A stretch of 64,000 nt of DNA from Microcoleus sp. (GTDB lineage: Bacteria > Cyanobacteriota > Cyanobacteriia > Cyanobacteriales > Microcoleaceae), in the NCBI GenBank assembly GCA_052279835.1, contig CP181291.1, positions 2,144,001 to 2,208,000 of the forward strand. Reading direction: 5' to 3'. Below the pieces are notes generated by a model. The model made no database searches, was not told where the DNA came from, and saw only the letters and a list, made by a program, of their open reading frames with translations. The position numbers and the translations under genes are program-made. This document shows positions 33,347-46,220 of the stretch, in pieces. Numbering within the stretch: the stretch's first letter is position 1; every line of letters starts with the position of its first letter.

Positions 33347-33958
33347 CTATTCTGCACGCTTATAATTCATCACCAAATCCAACCGTGATAAAGAACTTGT
33401 CGCTGATTCCCGCACATAGGAATCCACGGCTTCATCATTGGCAAATGTGGTGAGAACTTCTACACAACGTCGATCGCCCACCGCAGCCAGCGCATTCACG
33501 ATCGCCACCTGTACCGCCACATTATCCGTTGTTTTCAGCGATTCTACCAAAATTTCAAACGCAGAGGAACCCATCTGCCCCAAGGCCATCACGGCTGCAA
33601 TATGCACCACAGGATTAGCGTCATTAATCGCCGCTTTCAATCCCTGCAAGCCTACTTCCGGGAAAGGCAACTCTGGATAGTTAATCGCAATTTGTGCTAA
33701 TGCTTTCGCTGCACTCCCTCGCACAGTCACATTTTCGCTATTTAATAATGCTTCAACTACCGATGGTACCGCATCCTCGCCGATCGCACCCAACACCTTC
33801 ACCGCCGCCCGACGATAGACGACATCTTCATCATCTAAAATGCCCACCAGTCGAGGAATTGTATTTTCATCGCGGGAATCGGCTATTTCATACATTGCCC
33901 GATCGCGCATATGAGGATTTGGGTGTTTTAGTTTTTCAAACAAAGCATCGGTTGTCAT
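33347..33958 (-). CDS. cpeZ: Bilin lyase accessory subunit CpeZ
   Basis: LFEKLKHPNP, HEAT repeats; start ATG 33958 (the upstream ORF extension is repeat DNA). Confidence 0.85.
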   Translation of the reverse strand: MTTDALFEKLKHPNPHMRDRAMYEIADSRDENTIPRLVGILDDEDVVYRRAAVKVLGAIGEDAVPSVVEALLNSENVTVRGSAAKALAQIAINYPELPFPEVGLQGLKAAINDANPVVHIAAVMALGQMGSSAFEILVESLKTTDNVAVQVAIVNALAAVGDRRCVEVLTTFANDEAVDSYVRESATSSLSRLDLVMNYKRAE

Positions 33959-33965
33959 AATTTTT

Positions 33966-34100
33966 GAAGAAGGAAGAAGGAAGAAGGAAGAAGTCACCCC
34001 CCCCTGCCCCCCCCAAGGGGGGAAAAGAAGGAAGAAGGAAGAAGGAAGAATAACCCCCCCTGCCCCCCCCCAAGGGGGGAAAAGAAGGAAGAAGGAATCA
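33966..34100. repeat. AAGAAGG repeats with two C/G-run elements between cpeY and cpeZ
   Basis: Same composite also at 35410-35510, 54230-54372 and 61060-61120. Confidence 0.8.
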
Positions 34101-34113
34101 AGACTGTCAACTG

Positions 34114-35397
34114 TCAACTGTCAACTATTGAAGTATAAGCATCTATTTTAGCTTGCACCAACCAATCTTGATCAGTCGCAGCGATCGCATAACCGCTGAC
34201 ATCACCAAGTTTTTCTAGTGCCATTAATGCAGCATACTTCAAATCCCAGATTTTAGTTTCCAGACAATCTTTCAATTCTGGAATCGCACGTTTTTCTCCG
34301 AGTTCCCCCAGGGCGATCGCCGCCGCCGCACGGGATTTCTGAAACTGAGGTTGAGAGTGATGCAAAGCTTCCAATAACAAATCGTAAGCTGGATTATGTT
34401 TTAACCAACCAAACAATTTTACCACATGAAAATGCGCTCCATAGTCATTATTTGCTTCTTCCGCAAAGGTGGCAAACAGGGCGGATGGTGCATCATCAGA
34501 GTAATGTTCGAGAATTGTCTTAGCTGCTAAATAGCAACGTCCAAAATCTGTTTCATATAATTGGCGAATCAGAAATGATAAATCTGGTAATTTTTCATAA
34601 CTATGCACTAAATCTAAATCTGCTGGATAATCTCTTAAGGTTTGTTCCAAATAAGGCTGAATGGTGGCAAAGGTCAGGGATTTGTCAGCAATTCCTGCTG
34701 ATGCTAACATCCTAATTCCTCTCAGCCGAAAGACTAAAGATACGGGACATCTGGCAATATTGGGGATGGCATCGTAGTAACGCGCATCAATCAAATCTTG
34801 GATGGATAATCTGCGCCCTAGGACATTTTTGTGTTGCAACATGGCAACAACTTTTTCCATTTGAGAAAAGTCTCTGGTTAAGCGACAAATGGCGGCGATC
34901 GCAGCACTAGCAGTTGGCGGATCGATATCATCGACAAATCGGCGAATTCTGGCTACTGCTGGCTGATAATCTAGTTTAGTTAGGGTGTGGATAATTACCC
35001 GATAGGTTTGTCCCGGTTTATCGAGCAATTGAGCCACTTCTTCTAAAATTTCGGCATCTTGAGTGCCAATTTCGCCGATCGCCCAAACTGCATTTTCCAC
35101 AGTGTAACAGTCATTATCGGCCAGACAGGTGCGAATCACCGGCAATGCTTGCGCAGCTTGCAGCCTTCCCAAAGTTTCTACCGATTTGCGGCGCACAATT
35201 CGGTTTTCCAATGCCGGATCTGTTTGCTGTATAGCTCGCATCAGTGCTGCGATCGATCGATCTGTCGAGAAATTGATCAAGTGGGAAGCAGCGATGTAGC
35301 GGGAATCTTCTTCGCCAATTTCAGCTTGGGGCGTATCTAAAAGGGCGATCGCCTGGTCTTCTGTTAAATTAAAGAAACTAAAAAAGCGTTTATCCAT
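34114..35397 (-). CDS. cpeY: Bilin lyase CpeY
   Basis: MDKRF..FFNLTEDQAI, DFGRCY, NDYGAHFHV; directly downstream of cpeA. Confidence 0.9.
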   Translation of the reverse strand: MDKRFFSFFNLTEDQAIALLDTPQAEIGEEDSRYIAASHLINFSTDRSIAALMRAIQQTDPALENRIVRRKSVETLGRLQAAQALPVIRTCLADNDCYTVENAVWAIGEIGTQDAEILEEVAQLLDKPGQTYRVIIHTLTKLDYQPAVARIRRFVDDIDPPTASAAIAAICRLTRDFSQMEKVVAMLQHKNVLGRRLSIQDLIDARYYDAIPNIARCPVSLVFRLRGIRMLASAGIADKSLTFATIQPYLEQTLRDYPADLDLVHSYEKLPDLSFLIRQLYETDFGRCYLAAKTILEHYSDDAPSALFATFAEEANNDYGAHFHVVKLFGWLKHNPAYDLLLEALHHSQPQFQKSRAAAAIALGELGEKRAIPELKDCLETKIWDLKYAALMALEKLGDVSGYAIAATDQDWLVQAKIDAYTSIVDS

Positions 35398-35658
35398 AAA
35401 ATTATATTAGAAGGAAGAAGAACCCCCCCCCTGCCCCCCCCTTGGGGGGAAAAGAAGGAAGAAGGAAGAAGAACCCCCCCTGCCCCCCCTTGGGGGGAAA
35501 AGAAGGAAGAAATTAGGATATGCCTATTAAAACACAATAACAAGCCTAGGAATTCTTGACTCTTACCTTACCAAAATTGGTAATGCAACGAACCCAGATT
35601 TCCCAGACTTGTCGGGGTATAAACTACCCAGTCACGACATTACAAACCTGCTAATTAA

Positions 35659-36156
<498 letters not shown>

Positions 36157-36229
36157 CTAAATCTCCTAAAGTGATTTTGACAGTGAGCGTAGTTTCTATT
36201 TTGCTGAGCGAATTGCGATTAGCAATGGA

Positions 36230-36799
<570 letters not shown>

Positions 36800-36903
36800 T
36801 TAGACGAAAATTTATTTCTTATCTTAGTTGGTCAACTTGGTGACGAACTTGATGGTTTTGAATATATCCCTGGGATGATACCTCTGTCTCATTCCTGAGA
36901 AAC

Positions 36904-36924
36904 AAAGTAACAATTTGTTACTTT
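36904..36924. promoter_or_regulatory. Perfect 21-bp palindrome upstream of cpeB
   Basis: AAAGTAACAA-T-TTGTTACTTT. Confidence 0.45.
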
Positions 36925-37025
36925 TGTCGCCAAAACTACATTTTTTCGTTTAACTGATGTAGTTTCTGGTGGCATCCGTATTGTTCAAACAGTCAACCGT
37001 CAACCGTCAACCGTCAACTATATAT

Positions 37026-37995
37026 ATGTTAAATGTGTCGATCAGACCCTACGTGGCTGAAAGTGACCTACAGGCCATCGCCCATTTGATCGATACTTGC
37101 GAACAAGTCGATCGCCTCGAAGAAGGTACTTCCATTTCCGAATTGCAACAAAAATTTAATCAACCATCCATTGACAAAAATCGCGATATCTGCATTTGGG
37201 AAGACAGTCAGGGCAAACTCATCGGTTTTGCTCAGTTGTCAATTTCTGGATCTGGGGAGATGATTGACGGTTGGCTGTGGTTTTGCGTTCACCCGATCGC
37301 GCGATCAGGCAATATTCAAACCCTAGCAGTGGCTTGGGGAGAAAAGCGGATGCGGGAAGTGCAAACAGAACGAGGTGTACCAGTGAAACTGCGATCGTGG
37401 GTGCGCGCGGAAAATACCGATCGCATTTCTCTGCTAGCAAATTGCGGTTTCAAGGCCGATCGCCATTTTTGTCGTATGGCGCGATCGATCTCTCAACCAA
37501 TCCCAGAACCAAAAATCCCCAAAGGCTTCACCCTCAGTCAGTTTCGGGGCGCACAGGATGCGATCGCTTGGGTAGAAATGTTCAACCAATCATTTATCGA
37601 CCACTGGAACCACCACGATTTAACAGTAGAACAATTCCAATACGATTTAGCAAAACCCAGTTACAGAAAGGATTTAGACTTAATTGCAGTGGCCCTTGAC
37701 GGCACTTTCGCAGCCTTTTGTCACTGTGAAATCAGTATCGAAGAGTGCGATCGAACCGGTCGCAATGAAGGCTGGATCATGTCTCTGGGTACAAGACGTG
37801 GCTTCCGTAACATCGGATTAGGACGAGCAATGTTGCTGGCTGGCTTGCACCGGCTAAAAGCTGTCGGTATCGAAACAGCCATTATCGGAGTCGATGCCGA
37901 TAATCAGTCCCGGTGCCCTGGGACTGTACGAATCTGTAGGCTTCCACAATATTCGCAATACCATAGCCTATGTCAAAGAACTTCGATCGATATAA
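37026..37995 (+). CDS. Tandem GNAT acetyltransferase (apparent +1 frameshift in CCC near 37909-37911)
   Basis: VHP..R, LGTRRGFRNIGLGRAML; the tail GALGLYESVGF is in the shifted frame. Confidence 0.82.
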
Positions 37996-38121
37996 GTCCT
38001 GTGGAAGTCTACAAACCGGGTTCGAGCGACGAAAATACTTCGCTACAGCCACAGATTAGGTGAAAAACCCAGTTTCTTTCGTCGAGTCCCCAATCCTGAC
38101 AAAAAAACTTTTCCGAACCCC

Positions 38122-38150
38122 TTGACACCTTTGTAGTACGTATGTAGTAT
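38122..38150 (+). promoter_or_regulatory. Near-consensus sigma70 promoter overlapped by a TGTAGTA direct repeat
   Basis: TTGACA (38122-38127), 17-bp spacer, TAGTAT (38145-38150); TGTAGTA at 38132-38138 and 38143-38149. Confidence 0.75.
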
Positions 38151-38158
38151 ATAAATAT

Positions 38159-38215
38159 GGAAAGGGCAGGAAAAGCAAAAACCTGTATTTTCCGTAAAAT
38201 TCTGAACCTTGAAAA
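38159..38215 (+). promoter_or_regulatory. rRNA-type leader: boxB-like hairpin followed by boxA
   Basis: Hairpin ggaaagggcagg...cctgtattttcc (38159-38193), then GAACCTTGAAAA (38204-38215), which matches the cyanobacterial rrn boxA. Confidence 0.65.
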
Positions 38216-38462
38216 CTAAATAACTAAGCGAAATTTCAAGGAACATCCAATTGAAAGTCTTATAACAGAGACTAGATTGTCATGTTGTTACTTTACACCA
38301 CAATTTTCGGTTACAAACTGCCTCCGTCTGAGCCAGAGATTGTACCGAATCAGCCTAAATCCAATGCAGACCAAGCGGATTCAGAGCCGGAAAATTCTGC
38401 CCAATCTGAACCTGCAAAACAGACTGAAGAAATCCGCAACATCAAACAAAACTATCACTTAG

Positions 38463-38804
<342 letters not shown>

Positions 38805-38825
38805 AAAATCAGCTATCTGAGTTGG

Positions 38826-38910
38826 CTACCCCCTTGATGGTTCGGCGGTTAAAACCGCAACTATACAAACGAAGTCTGCCTCCGCAGACTAAGAAATAAA
38901 GGGGGTATTT
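38826..38910. repeat. REP-like palindromic element
   Basis: taccccct...agggggta ends with internal hairpins gcggttaaaaccgc and agtctgcctccgcagact; the same gcggttaaaaccgc hairpin occurs near 49060-49080. Confidence 0.55.
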
Positions 38911-38934
38911 AACCAGGATTTCGGATCGGGTATT

Positions 38935-39070
38935 AGGCGGCGCACCCCAACTAAAGAAGCTTACAAACTGGTAACGTTCGACTAAACATCGTACAGTAGG
39001 TTCGATTCCTACCCTCTGGGCCTCTTGGAGAGGGGTTTTAAAAATAGCTTCTCTGACTTGTGCGCCTCCT
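38935..39070 (+). ncRNA. Y-RNA-like/tRNA-mimic RNA, unit 1 (degenerate)
   Basis: Closing stem aggcggcgcac/gtgcgcctcct; AAGCTTACA and GACTTG motifs; T-arm gtagg-TTCGATT-cctac followed by cctct/agagg hairpin. Confidence 0.65.
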
Positions 39071-39099
39071 CTTATACCTGAATTTTTTAGATTTAAACA

Positions 39100-39256
39100 A
39101 CAGCTACACCGCACCCCAACAGTTGAAGCTTACACACTTTTTGGTTTTCTCAACCAGAGGTAATAGGTTCGACTCCTATCATCCCCATCTTGGGGATGTA
39201 GCTCAACGGATAGAGCACATAGTTAAAAGCTTTGATGACTTGTGCGGGGTATCTGT
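39100..39256 (+). ncRNA. Y-RNA-like (YrlA-like) circularly permuted tRNA mimic, unit 2
   Basis: Closing stem tacaccgcac/gtgcggggta; anticodon-like arm 39141-39157, T-arm 39163-39179, loop-closed acceptor stem catcccc/ggggatg 39180-39198, TA, D-arm gctc-aacggata-gagc. Confidence 0.8.
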
Positions 39257-39272
39257 CAGGTAGTGAAAGAAA

Positions 39273-39395
39273 CACTTCGTGCCCTAAAAAAGGAAGCTTA
39301 CATACTAGCTCTTGGTAGAGCATTTCTCTTGAAAGAAAAGGTTGCGGGTTCAACTCCTGCGTATGAACAACGGCTTTCTTGACTTGCACGAAGTG
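39273..39395 (+). ncRNA. Y-RNA-like tRNA mimic, unit 3 (normal arm order)
   Basis: 10-bp closing stem cacttcgtgc/gcacgaagtg; 5-bp acceptor catac/gtatg, D-arm, anticodon arm with 6-nt loop, T-arm gcggg-TTCAACT-cctgc. Confidence 0.8.
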
Positions 39396-39464
39396 AATTT
39401 CACTGCTATCAAAAGCGACAAAAAAACCATGATTTAGTAAATAGTTTCGATGTTTGATAATCCT

Positions 39465-40329
<865 letters not shown>

Positions 40330-40353
40330 AGTCTTTAGTACACACGAAATTTT

Positions 40354-40479
40354 CACTTCGCGCCCCGATCGGGAAAGTTTACATACTAGCCAAACGGTAA
40401 GGCGCTTGACTTAAGATCGAGTATATACAGGTTCAAATCCTGTGTGTGAATCAACGACTTTTTCAACTTGCGCGAAGTG
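40354..40479 (+). ncRNA. Y-RNA-like tRNA mimic, unit 5 (normal arm order, TAA anticodon loop)
   Basis: 10-bp closing stem cacttcgcgc/gcgcgaagtg; acceptor catac/gtgtg, D-arm gcc-aaacggtaa-ggc, cttga-CTTAAGA-tcgag, T-arm acagg-TTCAAAT-cctgt; no 7-bp acceptor and no CCA. Confidence 0.8.
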
Positions 40480-40531
40480 CTTTTTTTTATAACTTTTAGA
40501 ACCGAAAGTGGTGACAAAGGAGAATTAAATT

Positions 40532-41038
40532 ATGAAAACTACAACTATAATTTACCGATCGCCCTGGGAGATAGACAGCCTGATTCATGCTTTCCAAGAA
40601 TGCAGTCTACCTCGCCACCAATGGAATCATGCGGCACATTTAACCGTCGGGCTGTGGTATCTGTTTTACGACTCCGAGCCTGAAGCGATCGATGCAGTGC
40701 GGAATGGGATTAAACGTTATAACTCGGCTCAGGGAATTGAGACTACAAGAAATAGTGGATATCACGAAACTCTAACGCTGTTTTGGCTGGGAATCATCCG
40801 CCGATACCTCGCTCAGGAAAGCCTCCATCGATCGATGGTAAGTCTGGCTAACCGTGCGATCGCCAAATATGCCGATTCCCTACGGGATAGCTCCGCTTCA
40901 CGCACTTTACCATTTCGCTACTACACGCGCGATCGCCTGATGTCTTGGGAAGCTCGCAATAATTGGGTTGAACCTGATTTAAAATCACTCGACTCCGAAA
41001 CAGTCCGCCAGGGATTAAAATCCCTGGCTAATAGCTAA
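40532..41038 (+). CDS. Hypothetical protein with possible metal-binding His motifs
   Basis: AAGGAG RBS; WNHAAHL and GYHETLT motifs; stop lies inside a REP element. Confidence 0.75.
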   Translation: MKTTTIIYRSPWEIDSLIHAFQECSLPRHQWNHAAHLTVGLWYLFYDSEPEAIDAVRNGIKRYNSAQGIETTRNSGYHETLTLFWLGIIRRYLAQESLHRSMVSLANRAIAKYADSLRDSSASRTLPFRYYTRDRLMSWEARNNWVEPDLKSLDSETVRQGLKSLANS

Positions 41039-41224
41039 AGTCCTCTGAAGAGGACTCAAGATTTTTTTTTGATTTTTAATTGATAGCTAAAGTCTTCTGA
41101 AGAGGACTAAAGATATTTGTTTGTGTTGGTTTTTAATCACAGCAAATACATTTTCAAAAAGGCATTTCAGTCCTCTTAAGAGGACTTAAGCTTTGAGCCA
41201 GGGATTTCAATCCCTGGCGGACTG
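41001..41224. mobile_element. Non-autonomous REPIN/MITE-like element with long terminal inverted repeats
   Basis: cagtccgccagggatt...aatccctggcggactg ends; internal agtcctct/agaggact palindromes. Confidence 0.7.
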
Positions 41225-41247
41225 AGACGATAGGTAAAAAATATTAG

Positions 41248-42696
<1,449 letters not shown>

Positions 42697-42703
42697 TATA
42701 ATC

Positions 42704-42740
42704 GGGCATGGCTCGTCAGTTAAGCTGGCGGGCTATGCTC
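42704..42740 (+). terminator. Long G-U-rich hairpin after the vWA gene
   Basis: gggcatggctcgtcag...ctggcgggctatgctc. Confidence 0.45.
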
Positions 42741-42759
42741 AGTTTATGGGATAGCTACT

Positions 42760-43950
42760 GTGCCATACCTCAAAGCAAAACATCTATCAAGCCAAGGTAA
42801 AAGGTTTAATGAGAGGGTAAAAACTGCTAATCGCAAGTTAATTTATATTGGCGGTGAAATCAGGTTTCAATCCGAGATGGATTTGGAAGATTATATAGAT
42901 GAGAATTTCGATGAAATATTTCCATCGTTAATTAAAATCAAAAGGCAGCATACTGTAAAAATGCAGCGATGCGATTTATTATGCTGTACAAAGTCAGAAA
43001 ATCAACCGATAATTATTGAGTTAAAAAATGAAGAAGATAGAGGATTAGTTTCGCAGCTAACTCGGTATCGTAAAGCTATTCTCAGCAATAAGTGTTTTAA
43101 TGATAAGATTGACTATTCATTCCCAGTTAAAATGATAGCGATAGCACCTAGTTTTCACGCTGATAATTACACAGACAAAGAAGCTTCAAAATTTGAAGAA
43201 GATTTTTGTTTTTGGGAATTTGCTGTACAAAATCACCATAATTCAGGTCAATTTAAACTATTAAGTCAAATTTATGAAATTTCTTACCCTGTATTTGGGT
43301 TGCCAGAAATTTCTCCTAATTTAGATCGTAGCAGTTTACCTGCTTTTACTCACAATTTTGTAGGTAGGCTCCCACCAGACTATCATACAGATTTTCTGAA
43401 GTTGCGAACTTTGCTTTTGTCTCAGCCAAAAGTAAAAGAAATGGTTAGTACCACTTACAGAAAAATATTGTATGGAACTGGCGATGGAGTTAACCACACA
43501 AAACTGGCAGAAATAACTAACACTACTAAGGGAGTCGTGTTATTTCTTTGGTTGCCAACTAGCGTTCATAAAAATATCAAAACACCCGTAGCTCGATTTG
43601 GATTTGTTTTAGAAAAAGGAGGCAACCCCTTTGCTCACAACTCTTCCTTAGAATGGGTTGTTTGTACCAAAGATACTATCAACTTAAAAGAGCAACCTCA
43701 ACCTAATACATTTTCAGGAATGACTAGGCATGGAATGTTAAAATGGTGTAAACCTAATATGTACTTGACGCAAGCTGCACTAGGTTATAATAATACTTTT
43801 TGGTTACTTATCAATCTTCTTAAAGGAATTACTCCACCTATTGATAGCACTACTAGGGAATGGTGGGAAATTTACCAAAAGGAGACAGACTTTAATTTAG
43901 GATGGTTTATAGATTTAGCTATCCAAACCTGGAATTATCGCGTCAAGTAG
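42760..43950 (+). CDS. NucS/RecB-like PD-(D/E)XK endonuclease-domain protein
   Basis: SEMDLEDYI, RCDLL, IIIELK, QLTRY motifs. Confidence 0.72.
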   Translation: MPYLKAKHLSSQGKRFNERVKTANRKLIYIGGEIRFQSEMDLEDYIDENFDEIFPSLIKIKRQHTVKMQRCDLLCCTKSENQPIIIELKNEEDRGLVSQLTRYRKAILSNKCFNDKIDYSFPVKMIAIAPSFHADNYTDKEASKFEEDFCFWEFAVQNHHNSGQFKLLSQIYEISYPVFGLPEISPNLDRSSLPAFTHNFVGRLPPDYHTDFLKLRTLLLSQPKVKEMVSTTYRKILYGTGDGVNHTKLAEITNTTKGVVLFLWLPTSVHKNIKTPVARFGFVLEKGGNPFAHNSSLEWVVCTKDTINLKEQPQPNTFSGMTRHGMLKWCKPNMYLTQAALGYNNTFWLLINLLKGITPPIDSTTREWWEIYQKETDFNLGWFIDLAIQTWNYRVK

Positions 43951-43986
43951 AACTTTTATATACGGAGACATTCAGCAGCAAACGCC

Positions 43987-44097
43987 AAGTACGAGTTTTC
44001 GGGCGCGTGGTCGCGTCGCTTGAATAAAGAACATCGTATTGTTTATTTAGTGAGTGATGACCGTATTGATTTTCTGAAAGCGCGCTATCACTATTAG
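43987..44097 (+). pseudogene. yoeB: C-terminal remnant of a YoeB/Txe toxin
   Basis: [36 protein letters not shown]; no start codon; next to yefM. Confidence 0.78.
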
Positions 44098-44144
44098 TAA
44101 AGTGATAAAAGTTGAGTCATTAAGTTAGTCGGAGTTATAATTTT

Positions 44145-44462
44145 ATGTTAAGTGAGATTACCTACACTGAAGCAGAAGCAAATTTTAAAAATCTCTGCGA
44201 TCACGCTGTTGAAACTGGCGAAGTAATAATTATTACTAGACCTAACGGTAAAAATGCGGTTTTGATTTCTGAGGCAGAATTAGAAAGTTTGCTAGAAACC
44301 CTTTATTTGCTGAGGTCGCCTGCCAATGCAACTCGTTTGTTGACAGCACTGAAGCGAGCTAAAGCAAGAGTCATTCAACCTCAGACGCTCGATGAAATTT
44401 GCAAAAACTTTGGGATTAATGAAGAGGATGATACTGAAAATGAGGTAGCGATCGCCAGTTAA
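44145..44462 (+). CDS. yefM: Phd/YefM family antitoxin
   Basis: TYTEA..NF, IITR...AVLIS, ETLYLLRSPANA.RL. Confidence 0.88.
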   Translation: MLSEITYTEAEANFKNLCDHAVETGEVIIITRPNGKNAVLISEAELESLLETLYLLRSPANATRLLTALKRAKARVIQPQTLDEICKNFGINEEDDTENEVAIAS

Positions 44463-44517
44463 ATCCTTGATGACAAAATCACAATCTTCTACTATACTCT
44501 AAACTTGGGAGGAGCCG

Positions 44518-45147
44518 TTGGTGACTTCAATATTAATCAAAGATTTAGCAACCGAATTAGAGCTTTTCACCGAAGATCCAGTGGAAAGATTTATTACCAG
44601 TGGGGTAAGTTGGGAACAGTATGAACAATTACTGACTCAACTCGGAGATAGTCCTTGGTATCGGGTTACTTATTTAGATGAAGTGCTGGAAATTATGGCC
44701 CCAAGTCGCCGTCACGATCGAGATAAAACCAATATTGGGATGCTGCTAGAAGCGTATTTTCAAGAAACACGGACTCGGTTTTGGGGATTGGGTTCAACTA
44801 CCTTTCGGATTCAAGCAAAAAAGGGCGGTACAGAACCGGATGAGTGCTATTGTATCGGTACAGAGAAAGAGTTTCCTGATTTGGCGATCGAGGTTGTACT
44901 CAGCAGCGGTGGTGTAGATAAGTTAGCAGTTTACAAAAAGCTCGGAATTAGAGAGGTTTGGTTCTGGAAAAATCGTCGCTTTGAGGTTTATCATCTTCGA
45001 GGAGATGAATATGAAAAAATCCACCAAAGTGAATTGTTGCCTGGTTTAGATTTAGAACTTCTAGCATATTATGTGGAGCAACCAGAGCCGCTGGAGGCGG
45101 TGTTGGAGTTTCGGGAAAGAGTTAGAGAAAGTTTAGGTGGAAGTTGA
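44518..45147 (+). CDS. Uma2 family endonuclease
   Basis: VSWEQY, LEIMAPS..H, EPDECY, PDLAIEV, Y..LGIREVW. Confidence 0.9.
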   Translation: MVTSILIKDLATELELFTEDPVERFITSGVSWEQYEQLLTQLGDSPWYRVTYLDEVLEIMAPSRRHDRDKTNIGMLLEAYFQETRTRFWGLGSTTFRIQAKKGGTEPDECYCIGTEKEFPDLAIEVVLSSGGVDKLAVYKKLGIREVWFWKNRRFEVYHLRGDEYEKIHQSELLPGLDLELLAYYVEQPEPLEAVLEFRERVRESLGGS

Positions 45148-45233
45148 AAACTGCTAGAGATGCACTTTACTCCCAAACATCTCCGTCAATATCCTCAAGT
45201 AACAATTTTTTTCCTATTTTTCCCTCTTTTCAA

Positions 45234-45488
45234 TTATTCTCTTGTTCTCTCGATCATTTCTAGTAACTCAGGATTTGCTATAGATGATACTAACTTTGAA
45301 TCAGCAGTAGCTAGAACCGCACACAACTTGGAGGAAGTAAGTGCAGGATATTTTTCTAACACCTGTTGTTCAGTCCATCCCGCAGCAAATAGCCCTAGCA
45401 GAAATTCTACAGACAACCCAGTTTCTCGAACAGCAGGTTGAGCTGGTACTTTTTTAGTGCCGAAATTAATTTGCTTTCGCCAGTCCAT
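45234..45488 (-). CDS. DUF433-like antitoxin, possibly degenerate
   Basis: P.VRETGLSVEFLLGLFAAGWTEQQVLEKYPAL. Confidence 0.65.
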   Translation of the reverse strand: MDWRKQINFGTKKVPAQPAVRETGLSVEFLLGLFAAGWTEQQVLEKYPALTSSKLCAVLATADSKLVSSIANPELLEMIERTRE

Positions 45489-45765
45489 TTTTTTGTTTAA
45501 ACGATTGGGGAATATGCAGCCAATTATACTGTATTTTAGCGCTAGATCTACCAGGGGATGTCTCAGGAAGCCGATAAATTAAGACTAGGGGCGATTTCCG
45601 TGTTTAGTAATTAATTTTTTATACCGATCGCACTCGGTCAATTTCTTATAAAGTAGAGTAAGGAGCAGCGAGTGCGATCGCCTTTTTTGCTTTTGTCGGT
45701 TTAGTGAGTAAAAATGCCGATCGCCCTCGATCTTAACACACAGTACAACTACTTGAGCTTGCACT

Positions 45766-46101
45766 ATGACAAAAAAGTCTAAGGTCAAAAAATCCTGTTT
45801 GCTCTCCCAACGACTGCAAGAAGCTCTCGATCGAGGCAGTAAAGTTTGGATGAAAACAAATAATAGCAGTTTCGGCGGCATCCCGATTAATTTATCCAGG
45901 GAGTTTGCTGAAATTCTGGTAATTGTTCCCCCTAGCGAACACGGCGAAAATAACGATTCTTATGGACAAGTCACTTGGCTGATTCGACTTTCCGACATTA
46001 TTGCAGTCGCTTATCCAACTGAATATTGGTCTAAAGATAGATTAGAAAGTTTGCTAAAACCCGATGTAGTTACTTCTGAAATGGGAGATTATCCGGGATA
46101 A
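45766..46101 (+). CDS. Hypothetical protein
   Basis: 111-aa ORF with ATG start, followed by a terminator. Confidence 0.6.
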   Translation: MTKKSKVKKSCLLSQRLQEALDRGSKVWMKTNNSSFGGIPINLSREFAEILVIVPPSEHGENNDSYGQVTWLIRLSDIIAVAYPTEYWSKDRLESLLKPDVVTSEMGDYPG

Positions 46102-46153
46102 GGTGCTGATAGCGCACCTACGTTTAAAGATGCAATCACAAGTCATAAAAAAT

Positions 46154-46197
46154 AAAAAAGAGTGAAATTTTAAATTTTATAAATTTCACTCTTTTTT
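46154..46197. terminator. Bidirectional intrinsic terminator
   Basis: aaaaaagagtgaaattt...aaatttcactctttttt between convergent genes. Confidence 0.6.
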
Positions 46198-46220
46198 AAA
46201 CAATTTATCGAGAAGTTTAA

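Noticed and set aside
33959..34117. N-terminal extension of CpeZ
   Set aside because: Repeat-derived; the conserved protein begins at MTTDALFEKL.
36907..36921. NtcA binding site
   Set aside because: Spacing is GTA-N9-TAC, not GTA-N8-TAC.
38809..39389. Short ORFs overlapping the RNA array
   Set aside because: No RBS or recognisable motifs; the region is better explained by RNA structure.
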